A DNA stretch of 64,000 nucleotides from positions 4,588,001 to 4,652,000 of the forward strand of contig CP089275.1 in the NCBI GenBank assembly GCA_023920165.1, written 5' to 3'. The position numbers and the translations under genes were made by a program. The notes under the pieces are model-generated. The model made no database searches. It saw nothing but the letters and a program-made list of their open reading frames with translations, and was not told the origin of the DNA. Each line of letters begins with the position of its first letter. Positions within the stretch are counted from its first letter, which is position 1. This DNA comes from Curvularia clavata. Taxonomy: Eukaryota. Below, piece by piece: positions 38,778-52,100 of the stretch.

Positions 38778-41054
38778 GGTCGCGTTTCAAACCGGGCAAA
38801 GCTGGATATTTGAAGATTTTGGGGACCCCAAAGGATGAAGATGACTGAATGACTGAAACTGCCTCTCAGCGTTGAATATGACTTCGGACCAAAGGCCGGC
38901 ACGAGCCAGTTATTATAGAATTATATTAGAATGTGAGAGAGGCACAAACAAAACGTGATAAAGCCCTGCCCAGAAATGCAAGGCTGGACAAGGCCTTCAA
39001 ATACCCACAGGGCGGAACCAACACTTTCCTGCATCTAGTCTAACCGTAGAATGGGAACATCAATTATACCAAATCCAGCTTGCGTTTGGACCCAGAAACT
39101 CGGCTTGTTAGTTCCGATTAGATCTCGAGTCAGTGAAAGCATTGCTGGAGGCTTGTGGTAGACTGAAGTTTTATTCGCCCACGTTCCTCGAATGGTTGAG
39201 AATAGGTCTAAAATCTCTCCTGCATTTTTTCCGTGAAGTCACTACGACCAAAATTGACTCCAAATGCCGGCTTTGCATCGGGGGATGCATAGAGGCGTTT
39301 TCTAAACTCCGTACGACAAGGATCTGCCTGAATGTCGCCCCATTTCGAGCACGAGAAAAGGGCATTGGGGCTGTAAATGAGCATACGGTGAAGGAGCGGA
39401 TTCTGGAATCCTCGGCTATGGGTCTATAGAAAAGACAGGCGATGGATAGGCTAGGAATACTACGGATTCTTAACCAGCCGCAGCATGGAACTGTCTCCGA
39501 GCCGTGTGGCGGCTGACTCCACATATCTATGCATGCCTGAATTCTCTCTTTTTCTGTTTAACCGGTCGTATCGTACAAAGCTTAGGCGCGGGAGGGACGG
39601 GAAGAAATTGAGATGTGTGGTGCCTGAGGATTCTGCTTGCTACATTCTGCATATAGTCCGATAGGCGCGCATTTCAAACACTAAGACGTATGCGGAATTT
39701 GACGCGCAAGTTCTCTCTCATCATACCCAGCTACAACATTGTAAATTTAGACCAATGTGTGAAGGTCGGCGGCAAAAGCGCTGGAAAGATGAACGCGCGG
39801 GGGTAAGATATTGTACATATGTAAGGCGGCCGGCATGAACAGGCTACTGTCGCATAGCCAATTGCCATACTGCGGGTGATTTCAAGCGCCGGACCTCTCC
39901 GCGGAACCGGCCTCCATTCACCTGGGGCCACTAGCGTCTTGTCATTAGACAACCACATCTCATCTGTTCATCTCGCAAGCGGAGACCTGCAGCAATCGTC
40001 GGACATTGCTGAACCCACTTGCCTATGTGCCGAACTGCTCAGACACGTGTTGCAGTGTTGGTCACGCCATACATAACTCGCCACATTGGCGCATCACAAG
40101 CCATTGGAGTAAAAACTCAGTGCCGCAAGGGTCTTCTTTGCGCCCACAATGCAACACACCTAGTCCTTCGATGGAGGAAGACCATGAAACCTGAGATATA
40201 GAGATCTTTCGCCTGCCAATGTACACAAACTCGAGAGCTTTTCCCGACTACTGAGCTTATCTAGAACTACTTGCGAAATTCATCTCATCCTTGTGGGGAA
40301 CTTCTGCGTTGTCTTCAGTTTTCAAGAAGACCTCCCTACACAAAAATTCAGAAAGGGGAAGCAGTTACGAACTGGTGTGCTTTCCCTGAAAGGAGTGTCG
40401 CCAATTCCCAATAGTCCTTAGACGCAGAGCGGTAGAGCCTATATATCCTTTTGTTCCAGATGACGATACACTGCCCAAACTTGGACTCCGGATAATCCGA
40501 GATGAGCACGTTCCATGTTCCTCACAACTGCAGTACCCTAGCCTGCTCAGTGTATAGTTGGTACTTGTCGCAGTATGGGTGCGAGGTGAGACAGTGTCTC
40601 GGCCAGTAGATCCATCATACCACAGTTTTACATCTTCAAGTGACGAGGAGAAGAAATAAAAGGACTCTGTCTTGATTCTCAATCTGTAGCAACTAAGCGG
40701 CAGGCCACAGGATTCAGGACTAAACGTCGCAATCCTGTCGACATTGATTGGACACATAGCCAGCCACTCGGGCTGTTCTCCTGTTGCACAACACAGCCGA
40801 GCCGTTGCGTCGACATTAAAACCATGTACCGTGCATGTACGGAGAAGCAAGTGTTTGTCCGGACCAATGCAAACCCAGAAATGGCCGTTTACTAAACTGC
40901 GCCGTCTTTTGAGTCTGCACATGTCCGCTTGCTACTTTGAGACAGGCAGTCATTAAGTGCCTTTAGCCAGAGTCCAACAAACAAGACATATTTCTTCTAC
41001 ATCGTCTTCTAATTCCCTTGTGTTATTTCCGTTTACGCTCGTGTGAATCCCAAC

Positions 41055-42627
41055 ATGGCCTTTCATTCTCTTGTTGCGAGACAAGGATGGGGCCCATCTA
41101 CTTCGCCAGCACGATCACCAGAATACCTGTTAGAGAACCAGGCGTCCAGGCTGATAGCTGTAGAGGCTTCTTTGTTCAGTTTGTCGAGCGCTGCAGTACT
41201 CCTAAGGTTCTATGTACGGATTTTCATGCTGAAAACGTTTGGCTGGGATGGTATGTCGGGACCACTATTACGAGATATCAGAAGATTGACTGATGTAACC
41301 CAAAACAGATATCATGATGGCAATTGCATTTGTATGTCTACGATGTCTTATAAGATAGATCTGACGTTCATTCGGTGAACAAACTGCTAACATCTACACT
41401 TGTAGAGTATAAGCGCAACGACACTAGCTTTGTTTCTGAAAGTCATCAGCTTCGGGTTAGGGAAGCATGCCGAAGCGTTTCCGCTCGAGAACCTCTTCCC
41501 CTTCTTCAAGTACATGTACTTTTATTCCATCCTCATCATCGCCGCATACAGCTTGATCAAGCTGTCAATCGGCTTCTTCTTACTGCGACTAGCAGACCGG
41601 ACCAAATGGAGACCGTTCTTGATTGGCATGTTGAGTAAGCAGAAGCTGCCAAAGAGAGTCTGCATCTGCTATGATTATGACTGACTAGTCTAGTCTTTCT
41701 TGTCGTCTTCACCCTTGGCTCAACGTTCGCCATCATCTTCCAATGTATCCCTGTACGAGCAGGATATGACTATACACTGCGTCCACCTATGGGGTTCGTA
41801 TCTCTGCAAGCCTGGCTGTCATTCATTTCACATAAACTAATTATATGTGCAGAAATGCGAAATGCTACGATGCAACGATCTTCAAGAACGTGGGTGTCTT
41901 CAACTCCTGCATCAACATCGCAACGGATCTGCTGTTCGCCTTGATACCCATCCCTATGGTCTGGAAGCTCCAAGTGACTATTCAAACACGCATCGGTCTC
42001 GCAGCCATCCTGGGACTTGGTCTATTCGCATCTGCTGTAGCCATCTACAAGACCCCGATGCAATACAATTTCTTCAAAATCCAAGACTGGTCTGGCGAAG
42101 GAGCGTGGTACTACATCTGGCAACAGTAAGTTCTTCCATCACATTACTCTCCATCTTGAGAAGCCCAAGCTCAAGTACACAACAGGGTAGAAATGCACGT
42201 CGGCATCATCGCCGCCTGCCTCCCAACCATAAAACCCCTTTTCGCGAACTTCTTCGGCCAGGTCCGTTCTATTGCGACACGAGGCCGAACAGGCGGCTCC
42301 ACCGGCCTCAACAGCACCCCGTTTCGCTCAAAGGGATATGTGAAACAAAGCGAGCAGCACACCGAGAACAGCTTCGTCATGAAGAATATGAGCGATGGCA
42401 GCAGTCCCTCGACGACACGCGACCCGTACGCCGAAGACGTGGTATTGGGCAAGGATACTTACATTGTCCAAGCCGGGAGAGGAAAAACGAATTTTAGCAA
42501 GATGGAAAGCCAGGCTCGTGAGAGCGATGAGAGTATCGAGAGTTTCCATGTGGGTTGTGCGAATAGGAGGACTGGGCCGCGGGGATTGACAATTGTCAAG
42601 ACGACAGAGGTGGCTATTAGTCGATGA
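41055..42627 (+). CDS. PTH11-like (non-CFEM) rhodopsin-family 7TM membrane protein
   Basis: Six exons splice to VLLRFYVR...FGWDD, GLGKH, IKLSIGFFLLRL, IFQCIPV, NIATDLLFALIPIPMVWKLQ, EMHVGIIAACLPTIKPL. Confidence 0.9.
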
Positions 42628-43076
42628 AATGGGAGAAAGCAAAGTTTTTCGTATGTGTATTGTTATTTCTTCTTTTCTATGCAGCAAGAGATACCCTCCT
42701 TCGAAAAGTCACATTTCCTTGCGTTATTTGACTATGATGAATATCGACACAGCACTGTTTTCATTCTCGTCAGTTCCAAAATCTATGGGCAAACCGAAAA
42801 TCATATATTCTATTGTCTATCGTGTAGATCATGTCTATTGTTCTTCTTGATGTCTTTCAAGATGCAGCCCCGTTTATCGCAACCTCATGCACAAAATGGC
42901 AGCACTCCTTCACCGGCACACGGCCCGTTCACCCGCGCCCACAGCCACCCCTGCAGGTTTTGAGGAGCGTTGGGACATTGGGGAGGATTCGGCATCTGCT
43001 GCGCCGCAGCATAGACGCCGTTCAACGGCAAAGGGTTTTACCGCCCTAGGGTCAAAGTTCATTGAGTTTCCCCCAT

Positions 43077-43939
43077 CTAGTTCTTGAGGCCGGCCTCGCC
43101 CTTCTTGTAGGCTTCGTAGCCTTCCTTGGCAGCCGCCTGGACCGTCGTCTTTCCCTCAACAATGCTCTTGCACTTGGTGAGGATATCAGACCAATCCTGG
43201 AAGACAGTAAAGGGGACGTCTTCGCGTGCGCAGTAGCTAATCAGGTCATGGCCCTTCTTCGCAAAAAGAAGGTCTGTCTCGCGCGCAGCGGACAAGTCAG
43301 ATACGCCGTCACCAGCATAGAACATGGTTGGACGAATGCCCTCGGGAAGCGACGAGTACTTGCGCAGCTCGATAGACTTGTCGTGGCCGAAGCCAGAGTC
43401 TGGGTGCCTGAAGAGAATTTGCCAGCCGCCCTCGTCGTTGATGCTCTTGCCTTCGCGTGCGCCCACATAGTTACCAAGAACCTGCATCTTGCTTGCGCTT
43501 GGTCCGACGAGCTTTTCCAGCAGCGCGCGGATTATAGGCTCCATGCCAGAACTCAGCACAACAACGGGGATGTTGTTCTCCAGCGACCACTCGAAGAAGG
43601 CCTTGAAGCCTGGATCCAGCCGGATGTTATCAACCAGGTACTGAATGCACTGGTCGTAGGGCCTTGTGACGCTGTCCATCATATCGCGGAACGAGTCGCG
43701 GAAGGTGATTTCGTTGTTAAGACAGGCGATGTTGCCGGCGCGGCGCTTCGCTTGACCGTAGCCAATGTTGTCGGTCATGAAGTCATTAGAGTCCTGGAGG
43801 GTGATTGTACCGTCAAAGTCGGTGAAGAAGATGAACTACGCTGTAGTGTTAATACGACTTGAGATGAATGAATGGGCGATGGTGTTACCTTGGGGTCGCT
43901 CTTCATAGCGGGCAGCTCGGCCAAGTCGATAGAACCCAT
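43077..43939 (-). CDS. HAD-superfamily phosphatase, MtnX/YNL010W(Pyp1)-like
   Basis: One intron; FFTDFDGTITLQDSND, VLSSGM, GHDKS, YAGDGVSDLSAA, LLFAK. Confidence 0.9.
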
Positions 43940-44216
43940 CTTGAATATCTGGACCAAGTGAATGTTTTTGGGAGAAAAGAAAAATCGGAAGACTCCGAAC
44001 GAGGGTTATCTAGAGTACTCGCACGTCTAAAAGTTGGAGGGGCACTAGGTAAGCCCTGAATCGGCAACCCGGCAGGGCAAGGGGAGCAGCCAGTGAGGGT
44101 GGCGCGGCGACCCCACGCCGCTTGGCACGTCAGAGCGCTTCGGAGGTCCGCTGGCGGAGCTTTTTCGTCATTCGTCGTCCCGTCCCTTCGCGCTTGATGT
44201 GAGGGAAGAGACAGCA

Positions 44217-45968
44217 ATGAGGCCACTGCTTCAGCATGCTTCCCGCGAGCTGGCTGCTAACAAGATAGCGCCTTCACTGCGGCTCTTCAGCCGCCGTGCC
44301 GGCAGCTCGTCGTCATCATGTCTAGCTTGCCAGCACCGAACCGTCCTTGGTGGTGCGTCGAGGTGGGATGCCCGGCTACCATTGAGCGTCGACGTGGCGA
44401 CGACATGGCCGCGACGGGCCTTCTCGAGCTCGACAAGATGGAGAGAAGAAGGAGGAAAACCACCGAGACCGTCAGATCCTATTCCAATGCCGCCGCCCAC
44501 AGCACAATCGCAACCCTCACCTCAACGACGGCCCAACGTTTCCGCAGCCCCGCCATCTCCTGAGGACCAAGAACGATTGCAGAGGAGGTTGAATGCATTG
44601 CTCGAAGACCAGATAGCCATCCAGAGAGCAGCTGAGAGCTCAGTAGCAGCATTGAAGGAACCGCCGGCCACCGAAACCCCCAAACCTCACCCACCACCAC
44701 CGGAACCAGAACCACCTAAAAAAGACGAATCCCAAGATACCATAGCACGAGTGCCTGATGAGCAGCTGCCTTCTCACCGTGAGAGACAGAGATGGAGTAT
44801 TTTGAAGCGCTTCTCCGACGCCATGGACGAGCTGCTGCCCAAGCTTGCCGTAGTCACACAAAAGGTCAACACATACACAGGAACCGACTACTCCGGGGTC
44901 GAAGCTCTGCGGAGAGAAATCAAAGAGCAGGGTATGTGACTTTCTGAGCTCTCGCTGGATTCCAGGTCTAACCTCGTAACAGAAAAGCTCGTCAAAGCCC
45001 GCCGCCTAGCCATTGATTCTGCTAAACAAGCCCTCGATACCGCCCTTGCTCACCAGGCAACCTCCCAAAAAGAAGTCGTCGCCCTCCTTGAACGAAAACA
45101 CTCGTGGTCTAATGGCGATCTCGAACGCTACATGGCTCTCATCCGATCTGAGCATCTCAATGACCAAGCCGTACGAGAGGCAAAGGATGCCGTTGCAAAC
45201 GCCGAGAGTGCCTTGGAAGATGCACGCGCGCAGCTCGAGAAGCGGGAGCGTGCACAGTACCACGAAGAGCAAATCTGGAGCGACACAATCCGTAGGAACA
45301 GTACCTGGGTTACATTTGGACTAATGGGCGTCAACATCTTCTTGTTGTTACTCAGTCTAGCAGTATTGGAGCCCTGGCGGAGAAAGAGGATGGTCAAGGA
45401 GATCAAGAATGCATTGGAAGCCCAGCAGAAAATTGCCTCAGAAGCCGCGTCTGCTGCAGCTGCAGCTGCAGCTGCCGCAACACCTGCTCCTAGCAGCCAA
45501 GCATTTGCGTCCATGGAGAAGGAGATTGACAGGGTCGTTGAACCCGCTGGCCCACCTGCGACAACTACTGCGCCTGCTGTGGTTGAAGAAACCATCGAGG
45601 AGTCACCTACACAAGGAAATGACATACCAGAGCCAGCAGAGATAGAGGTGGTTCCTGAAGCTGTTACTGAGGCTGCTGCCGAGCCAATTTCTGACTCTGC
45701 GATGCCTGAAGCGACAGAACTCACTCCAGAGGAAGAGGCTTTGACCCCCGACGAGAAGGTTACTGTGGCCGAGGAAGCTGCCCCGTCTTTCCGTCCTTAT
45801 AACAAGCTGGAGACGTGGCAGGAAAAGGCAAACTACATTGCCAATGACTTGCTCAGCGAACGAGTCATTTCCATGCGAAGAATCGACTACACGACTGCTG
45901 TTCTGCAAGGTGCTGCGGCGGGTGCAGTCATTACTGCTACTTTGATTGCTATGCTGAGACCTAACTGA
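44217..45968 (+). CDS. SHE9: Mitochondrial inner membrane protein She9/Mdm33
   Basis: Arg/Ser-rich presequence; VNTYTGTDYSGVEALR, SQKEVVALLERKHSWS, QYHEEQIWSDTIRRNSTWVTFGLMGVN, EPWRRKRMV; intron ~44932-44982. Confidence 0.93.
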
Positions 45969-46379
45969 GCGTTTGATCTGGTTCTATGTTTGTTGTAGAA
46001 GAACACGAATTTTCCAGCTCATGTACAATAGAGTCCGTGTATAATAGATTTTCCGTCATGTATACCCGCCCATTGGTGTGTCTGAGGAATAGCCGAGACG
46101 GTTCGTACTAATATGGTATGCTGTTGGTTTTCCACGTATTCGAGCCCTCAGAATGGACTGAAGAGCGCCTTGGCTAGGCGAACATGGGAGGTCCGGAGGA
46201 ATAGGGAGTGCTCCAGCTCTCAGCTGCAAGCATCTCGTTCTTCCATATTGTGGAGAACGAGTTCAGACCAGTATACAGCGGACGATCTCGCGGTGTCGAT
46301 GTGCTCGTACCCGCCATGTCATTCCGTCCATAAAAAGTTGCGTCCAAACAGGATGCTGCCGAAGGCTAAGAGCCTGTAT

Positions 46380-47002
46380 CTACTCACTCATCTCATCACT
46401 GTCGCTTCCGTCATCAACGGTAGCAAGCACTTGTGTTTCTGCCCTCCGCTCTTTATCCACCGCCTTCTCCACACTCTGCACCATTGGTAGTTGTGCTGTG
46501 CCATCCCAAGCCCTTGCTCTCTTGATGATCTGCTGTGACTGGCGTATGACCTCCTCCTCGGCATTTCTGATCGTACCGCTGACTCTGGCCACTCTGATGA
46601 CTACGGGTATGTCAAGGGGCCGTGGGAGGTGCGTTGTGTATGTGAGGGCGGCCCAGACCATTTCATAATGGTCGCGTGGGCACCGGATTATGGCTGTGCT
46701 GGTTGAGGGGGAGTAGTAGTTTACTGCAGGTAATTGTCAGTTACAAGGTCCATGAACTACACGTATGTAAGATGCAAATGAGAATATTCACCTTTTAGAC
46801 CAGCAGATATCATACCCGAGCCATAATCGCCAAAAAGTTCTTCGACTCCATCTCGTATCATGCGCACGATGAAGCCTTGCTTGAGCGCATCCGGCGTGGG
46901 CGAATGAATCTGAACAAGGTCTGGGAGTGTTGATTTGCTCTTTGCGGCAGGCTCTGGGTACAAGAAATTGACCACCAGGTAGCGGTGCTTGACGCGAACC
47001 AT
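46380..47002 (-). CDS. POP5: RNase P/MRP subunit Pop5 (Rpp14/Pop5 family)
   Basis: MVRVKHRYLVV, LFGDYG, VNYYSPSTSTAIIRCPR, VSGTIRNAE; one intron ~46725-46791. Confidence 0.92.
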
Positions 47003-47516
47003 GGTGGCTCAATGCGCTGGGTTTTTGGAGGTGAAGCGTGCACAAAAGAATTGTGGGAGCGTCAACTGAGACTACGGCTCTTAGATGATGCGCACAGACG
47101 ATCTGACTTCGTATCTTGCGCGTATATCTGTATCGCTTGCGAATGGGCGAGGATTATTTTTCTACCACTATTAAGAAGGCCGAATCTATAACAAAAAGAA
47201 TCCAGAACGCGATTTGGTCAGTTTCGCTCGCATGCATTAGCTAGCGTAAAGCATGGCAACTTTCTTGGCTTATGACGCACATGGTTAGCCCATCCCCAGC
47301 TTTTAGCGCCTTGTCCTTGCGCATTCAACATGCTCCAACCTGCGACACGATCCAGACTCAGACCCACAACCACCGCCATACTGATATCCCAAACTCTCAC
47401 AAAGACTCAAATCGCCTACAGAATTGCTTTGAAACTACCGAAGAAGAAGCATCTGTACATCCGACTCCATCCACCCGGCGCAGTCTCGTTACCACTTCCC
47501 GAAACCTCCTTCGACC

Positions 47517-48381
47517 ATGGCGTCCTCATCCTCGTCCACGCCGCTGCTATAGTACGCCCTCACTCCATCTCCCTCACTCTAAACCAAAACACAAAAAGCT
47601 AATAAATCCACCTCTCCAGTGCCTGCATCGCGCACAACACAACCGTCCTCACCGAACACACCGCGTCCGCCTCCTCTAACGCCTCTTCTCTCGTCTCCCT
47701 CGTCCTCCCACGCCTCACGCACGACAAATCCGCCCACAAAACAATCGACCAATCCAAATTCTTCATCCACTGCTTGATCAAATCGCCCTCGGACTTCCCC
47801 TCGTCGCACCCCAGCGCCACCGCCAGCGGCCTCACCTTCCTTGTCATCGCAGAGCGAGAACTAGGCCAGCGCATCCCCTTTGGCTTTCTCGCGACTCTCG
47901 AAAAACGCTTCTTTGCAGACTTTGCTCCTGAAGAGACGGATTTCGCAGATCTACCGCCCTATGGGTGTGCGAGTTTCAATGGGGCGCTCAAGAGGCTTAT
48001 GTTGGAGCAAGGGGGCACCCAGGCGGGGCAGCAGGATGCGCTGAGGACGGCACAAAGAGAGATTGAGGGAGTGAGGGAGATTATGACGGAGAATATTGAG
48101 AGAGTGCTTGAGAGGGGCGAGCATATGAGTGTGTTGGTGGATAAGACGGGGAGGCTGGGGGAGAATGCGAGGGATTTTAGGGTGAGGAGTCGTACGCTTA
48201 AGAGGAGGATGTGGTGGAAGAATGTTAAGCTCATGGTGCTGCTGACGCTTGTGGTTATTTTCCTGATCTATCTCTTTGTTGGGTTTGGATGCGGGTTGCC
48301 TGGTATGTTTATCTTCTTCTACTTGAGAAACAGAAACGATGCTAACTATCACTAGGCTGGAGCCGATGCTTGCGTCACTAA
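47517..48381 (+). CDS. Longin R-SNARE, VAMP7/Nyv1-like synaptobrevin
   Basis: TPLLYSACIAHNTTVLTE longin start, RIPFGFL, VREIMTENIERVLERGE, KRRMWWKN followed by TM; two introns. Confidence 0.9.
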
Positions 48382-49101
48382 ACGTCCCTGCTTTTATATT
48401 TCTCTCAAAGCAAAGACATAAATCACATCTCTAATGTAAACGAAGTCTTTTGAAAGGAGGAAAATGACGTAGACAGCATTGTTTACCGCCTACGTCCAAC
48501 ACGCTTCAAGGCGTGCATGTAGTATTTCTCATTACAAACCTTACGACTGGCAAGGCGTCCGGCGTCTTCGGTCTTTATTTTCCTTCAAAAGACCTCTTCT
48601 CTCAAACGCCATCTGTAGTCTCCAAATCGACTATCCCATGTGTTTTTCCCAACAAGAAAAACGCCGCCCAATGCAGATCCCTTCCATCCCAAAACCTGAT
48701 TGCTGTTCCCCATCCCTCCCAAAAAAAAATGTACCTAAAATATGCCCAACGGAGCTAAACCCGCCCCACCCAAACCAAATACCCCGATCCAGACTCAAAC
48801 GCCGAAAAAAAGAAATAAACAGACTGAAGTAAAACTGAAATAGCTCCCCCCCTACCCTGATAATGATAATCATACATCATACATATACCCTTAAACCGTG
48901 TTCACAAACTCCGTGGAAATGCTTTTGAGAGTAATGTCTATCTACGGTTTGTGTGTGTGTCTACCCAGTACCATGGAATAGACTCGAAAAAACAGGGAAT
49001 AAAATAACATCGGAAAGAAAACTTTTTCTTGTTTTGATCGTATTCCTGGAAAAAAACACCGCCAAACGCCTGCCATGAAGTTATACACATTTGATGTGCA
49101 T

Positions 49102-52100
49102 CTACGGTGCCATGACCATAGCGAGCAGTGCCATGCGGGTATACAGTCCATATCTCATCTGCGTAAACGTTAGCATACAGCTTTCCCAGCTGTGTAATCC
49201 GAGACGTACCTGTCTGAAGTATGCCGCCCTCGGGTCAAAGTCCACCTCTTCGTTGATCTCGTTGTTCCTGGGCAGTGGGTGCATGACAATCATGTTCTCC
49301 TTGGCTCCCTTCAACAACTTGTTGTCAATGACGAATGCGTCCTTAACAGCCTCGTAGCTCGCCAAGTCGGGGAAGCGCTCCTTCTGCACACGAGTGCAGT
49401 AAATGACGTCTGAAGAAGCGACAATGTCGTCGGACAGTTGGTGGGAAACCTTGTTGAGTTGACCTCGGGCCTTGAGGGCGTTGGTTACACCCGAAGGCAT
49501 AACGAGAGACTCGGGAGAGACAAGGTTGACGGTGACATCGTAGTGAGAAAGAAGCTCGCAGAGGGAGTGTACGGTGCGGCCGTATTTGAGGTCGCCGACA
49601 AAGGTGATGTTGAGGCCGTTGACGGTTCCAAGCTCCTCTCGGATGGTGAAGATGTCGAGGAGGGCTTGAGTTGGGTGCTCGCGGCTTCCGTTGCCAGCGT
49701 TGATGATCGGGACATCGGAGAACTTGGTGGCAATGTCAATGGATTCCTCAGACGGGTGACGGAGGACAACGGCGTCGCCATAGCAGCCCAAAGTGCGGAT
49801 GGTGTCTGCGATGGACTCGCCCTTTTGGGTGGAGGAAACAGACTCGTTGATGACAACAACTTCACCACCCAAGCGCTTCATGGCAGCGTCAAAAGATGCC
49901 GACGTCCTGGTCGATGGCTCACAGAACATGGTGCAAAGCACACGGCCCTTGAGGATGTCGAGGCAGCCCTGACGTTGAGTACCCAGACGCATTTCCTGAG
50001 CAATAGTGAACAGAAGATGGAGATCGGCTCGGGTAAACTGCTTGACAGACGTGATGTGCTCACGCTTGAATGGCGACCTTGCGAGGAGCTGCGAGAGAGA
50101 CAAGGAGCCATTGAGGTTGGACAAGGCTCCAGAGGTTTGGTCGTGAGATCCAGGAGCAACAGCAAAGTCCTGGAAGTCTACCTTGCTGACCTCCATGTCG
50201 TAGTGGCGGGAGAGAGCCTCGATGAGCAGCTTGGCGTTCTTGACGTTGGTGACCAATGGGGTCTGGTAGTCGACGGCCATACGACGTGTCTGGTAACCCC
50301 TACTCATGTAGTTGGCAGGTCGGCGGAAGCGGTTGCTTGACGGCAGATTGATGTAGAGATCGATGAGGTTGTTGGACAAGTGCTGTGTGAGCGAGTACTC
50401 TTGCTTCTGCTCGTCGTGTTCGCCACTGGAAAGGACTTCCAGGAACTTGACTGGAATGCCATGCTCTTGAATGTAGTCAGCAGTTCCAGCAGTAGCAAAG
50501 AGGTTGTAGCCCATCTTGTGCAGACGCTCAATCGATGGCAGCATCTCCAGCTTGTCCTTGAACGAACCAATGGACAGCAGAATGTTCTTCTTTGGCAACT
50601 TGAAGCCAGTGGCGATGAGACCCTTGATGTAGGCCTCGTACTTGGTACGACCAAAGCAAGCGACTTCACCAGTCGAAGCCATCTCTACACCGAGAACAGG
50701 GTCGGCGCCAGAAAGACGAGAGAAGGAGAACTGAGGAACCTTGACACCGACGTACTCGGCAGGAACGTTGACCGGTGGGTACTCGGTGACAGGCAGACCG
50801 GCCATGGCCTTGGTAGCCATCTCAATCAGGTCAACACCCATGACCTTGGAGACGAAGGGGAAAGATCGCGAGGCGCGTACATTGCACTCGATGACCTTGA
50901 TCTCGTTGTCCTTGGCGATGAATTGAATGTTGTACGGTCCGGTGATATTGAGGGCTGCTCCGATCTTGCGAGTAGCATCTTCAATCTGCCTCACGGTCTC
51001 AGGGTCGAGATCTTGAGGAGGCAGGATCAGTGTGGCATCACCTGAGTGGACGCCAGCGTTCTCGACGTGCTCAGAGATGAAGTGTCCAATCATGGTACCA
51101 TTGTTGGCAACGGCATCCATCTCGATCTCCTTGGCGTTCTCGATGTACTTGGTGATGACGACGGGATGTTCTTTAGACACATCTGCCGCTTGGTTCAGGT
51201 AGTTGGCCAGGTCGTGCTTGGAGTAGACAGTATTCATGGCGGCTCCGGACAAGACATAGGAAGGACGGACCAGGACGGGGTAAGATACGCGCTCACAGAA
51301 CTCGGTTGCCTCCTCAATGCTAGTCAACTCCTTCCAGGCAGGCTGGTCTACGTTGATACGGTCAAGCATACGAGAGAACTTGTACCTGTTCTCGGCCGTG
51401 TCGATCATTTCTGGTGAGGTACCGAGAATCTTGACGTTCATGCGGTGCAGAGGCAGGGCAATGTTGTTGGAGGTCTGTCCACCCATACTGACGACCACAC
51501 CGCTGGAGTTCTCAATGTTGTAAATGTCAAGCACAGTTTCCAGCGAGATGCACTCGAAGTAGAGACGGTCCGCCTCGTCGTAATCAGTGGACACAGTCTC
51601 GGGGTTGTAGTTCAACATGACCGTCTTGAAGCCCTGCTGTCTCAGCGTGCGAATGGCGCGAACAGAGCACCAGTCGAACTCAACAGACGAACCGATACGG
51701 TACACACCAGAACCGAGCACCATAATACCCTTATCGTTGAAGTTGATGTCGTGCTCCGTGCCGTTGTATGTAAGGTAAAGATAGTTGGTCACGGCAGGGA
51801 ACTCGGCGGCAACGGTATCAATCTGCTTGACAACGGGGAAGATGCCGGCATCAACACGAACACGACGCACAGCAAGCTCGTTCGATGCCCAAAACTTGGC
51901 AAGCTGGCGATCAGAGAAACCAAGCTGCTTGGCCTTCTTGATCAAGGGCTTGGTGATGCTGACAGTGTCATAGTTGGCCATGAGCTTCTCAAAGTCGCTC
52001 AGAGACTTGAGGCGGCTAAGGAACCATTTGTCGATCTTGGTCATCTCCCAGATCTTGTCAACGCTGTAGCCAGCCTTCATGGCATTGGCAATGGCGAAGA

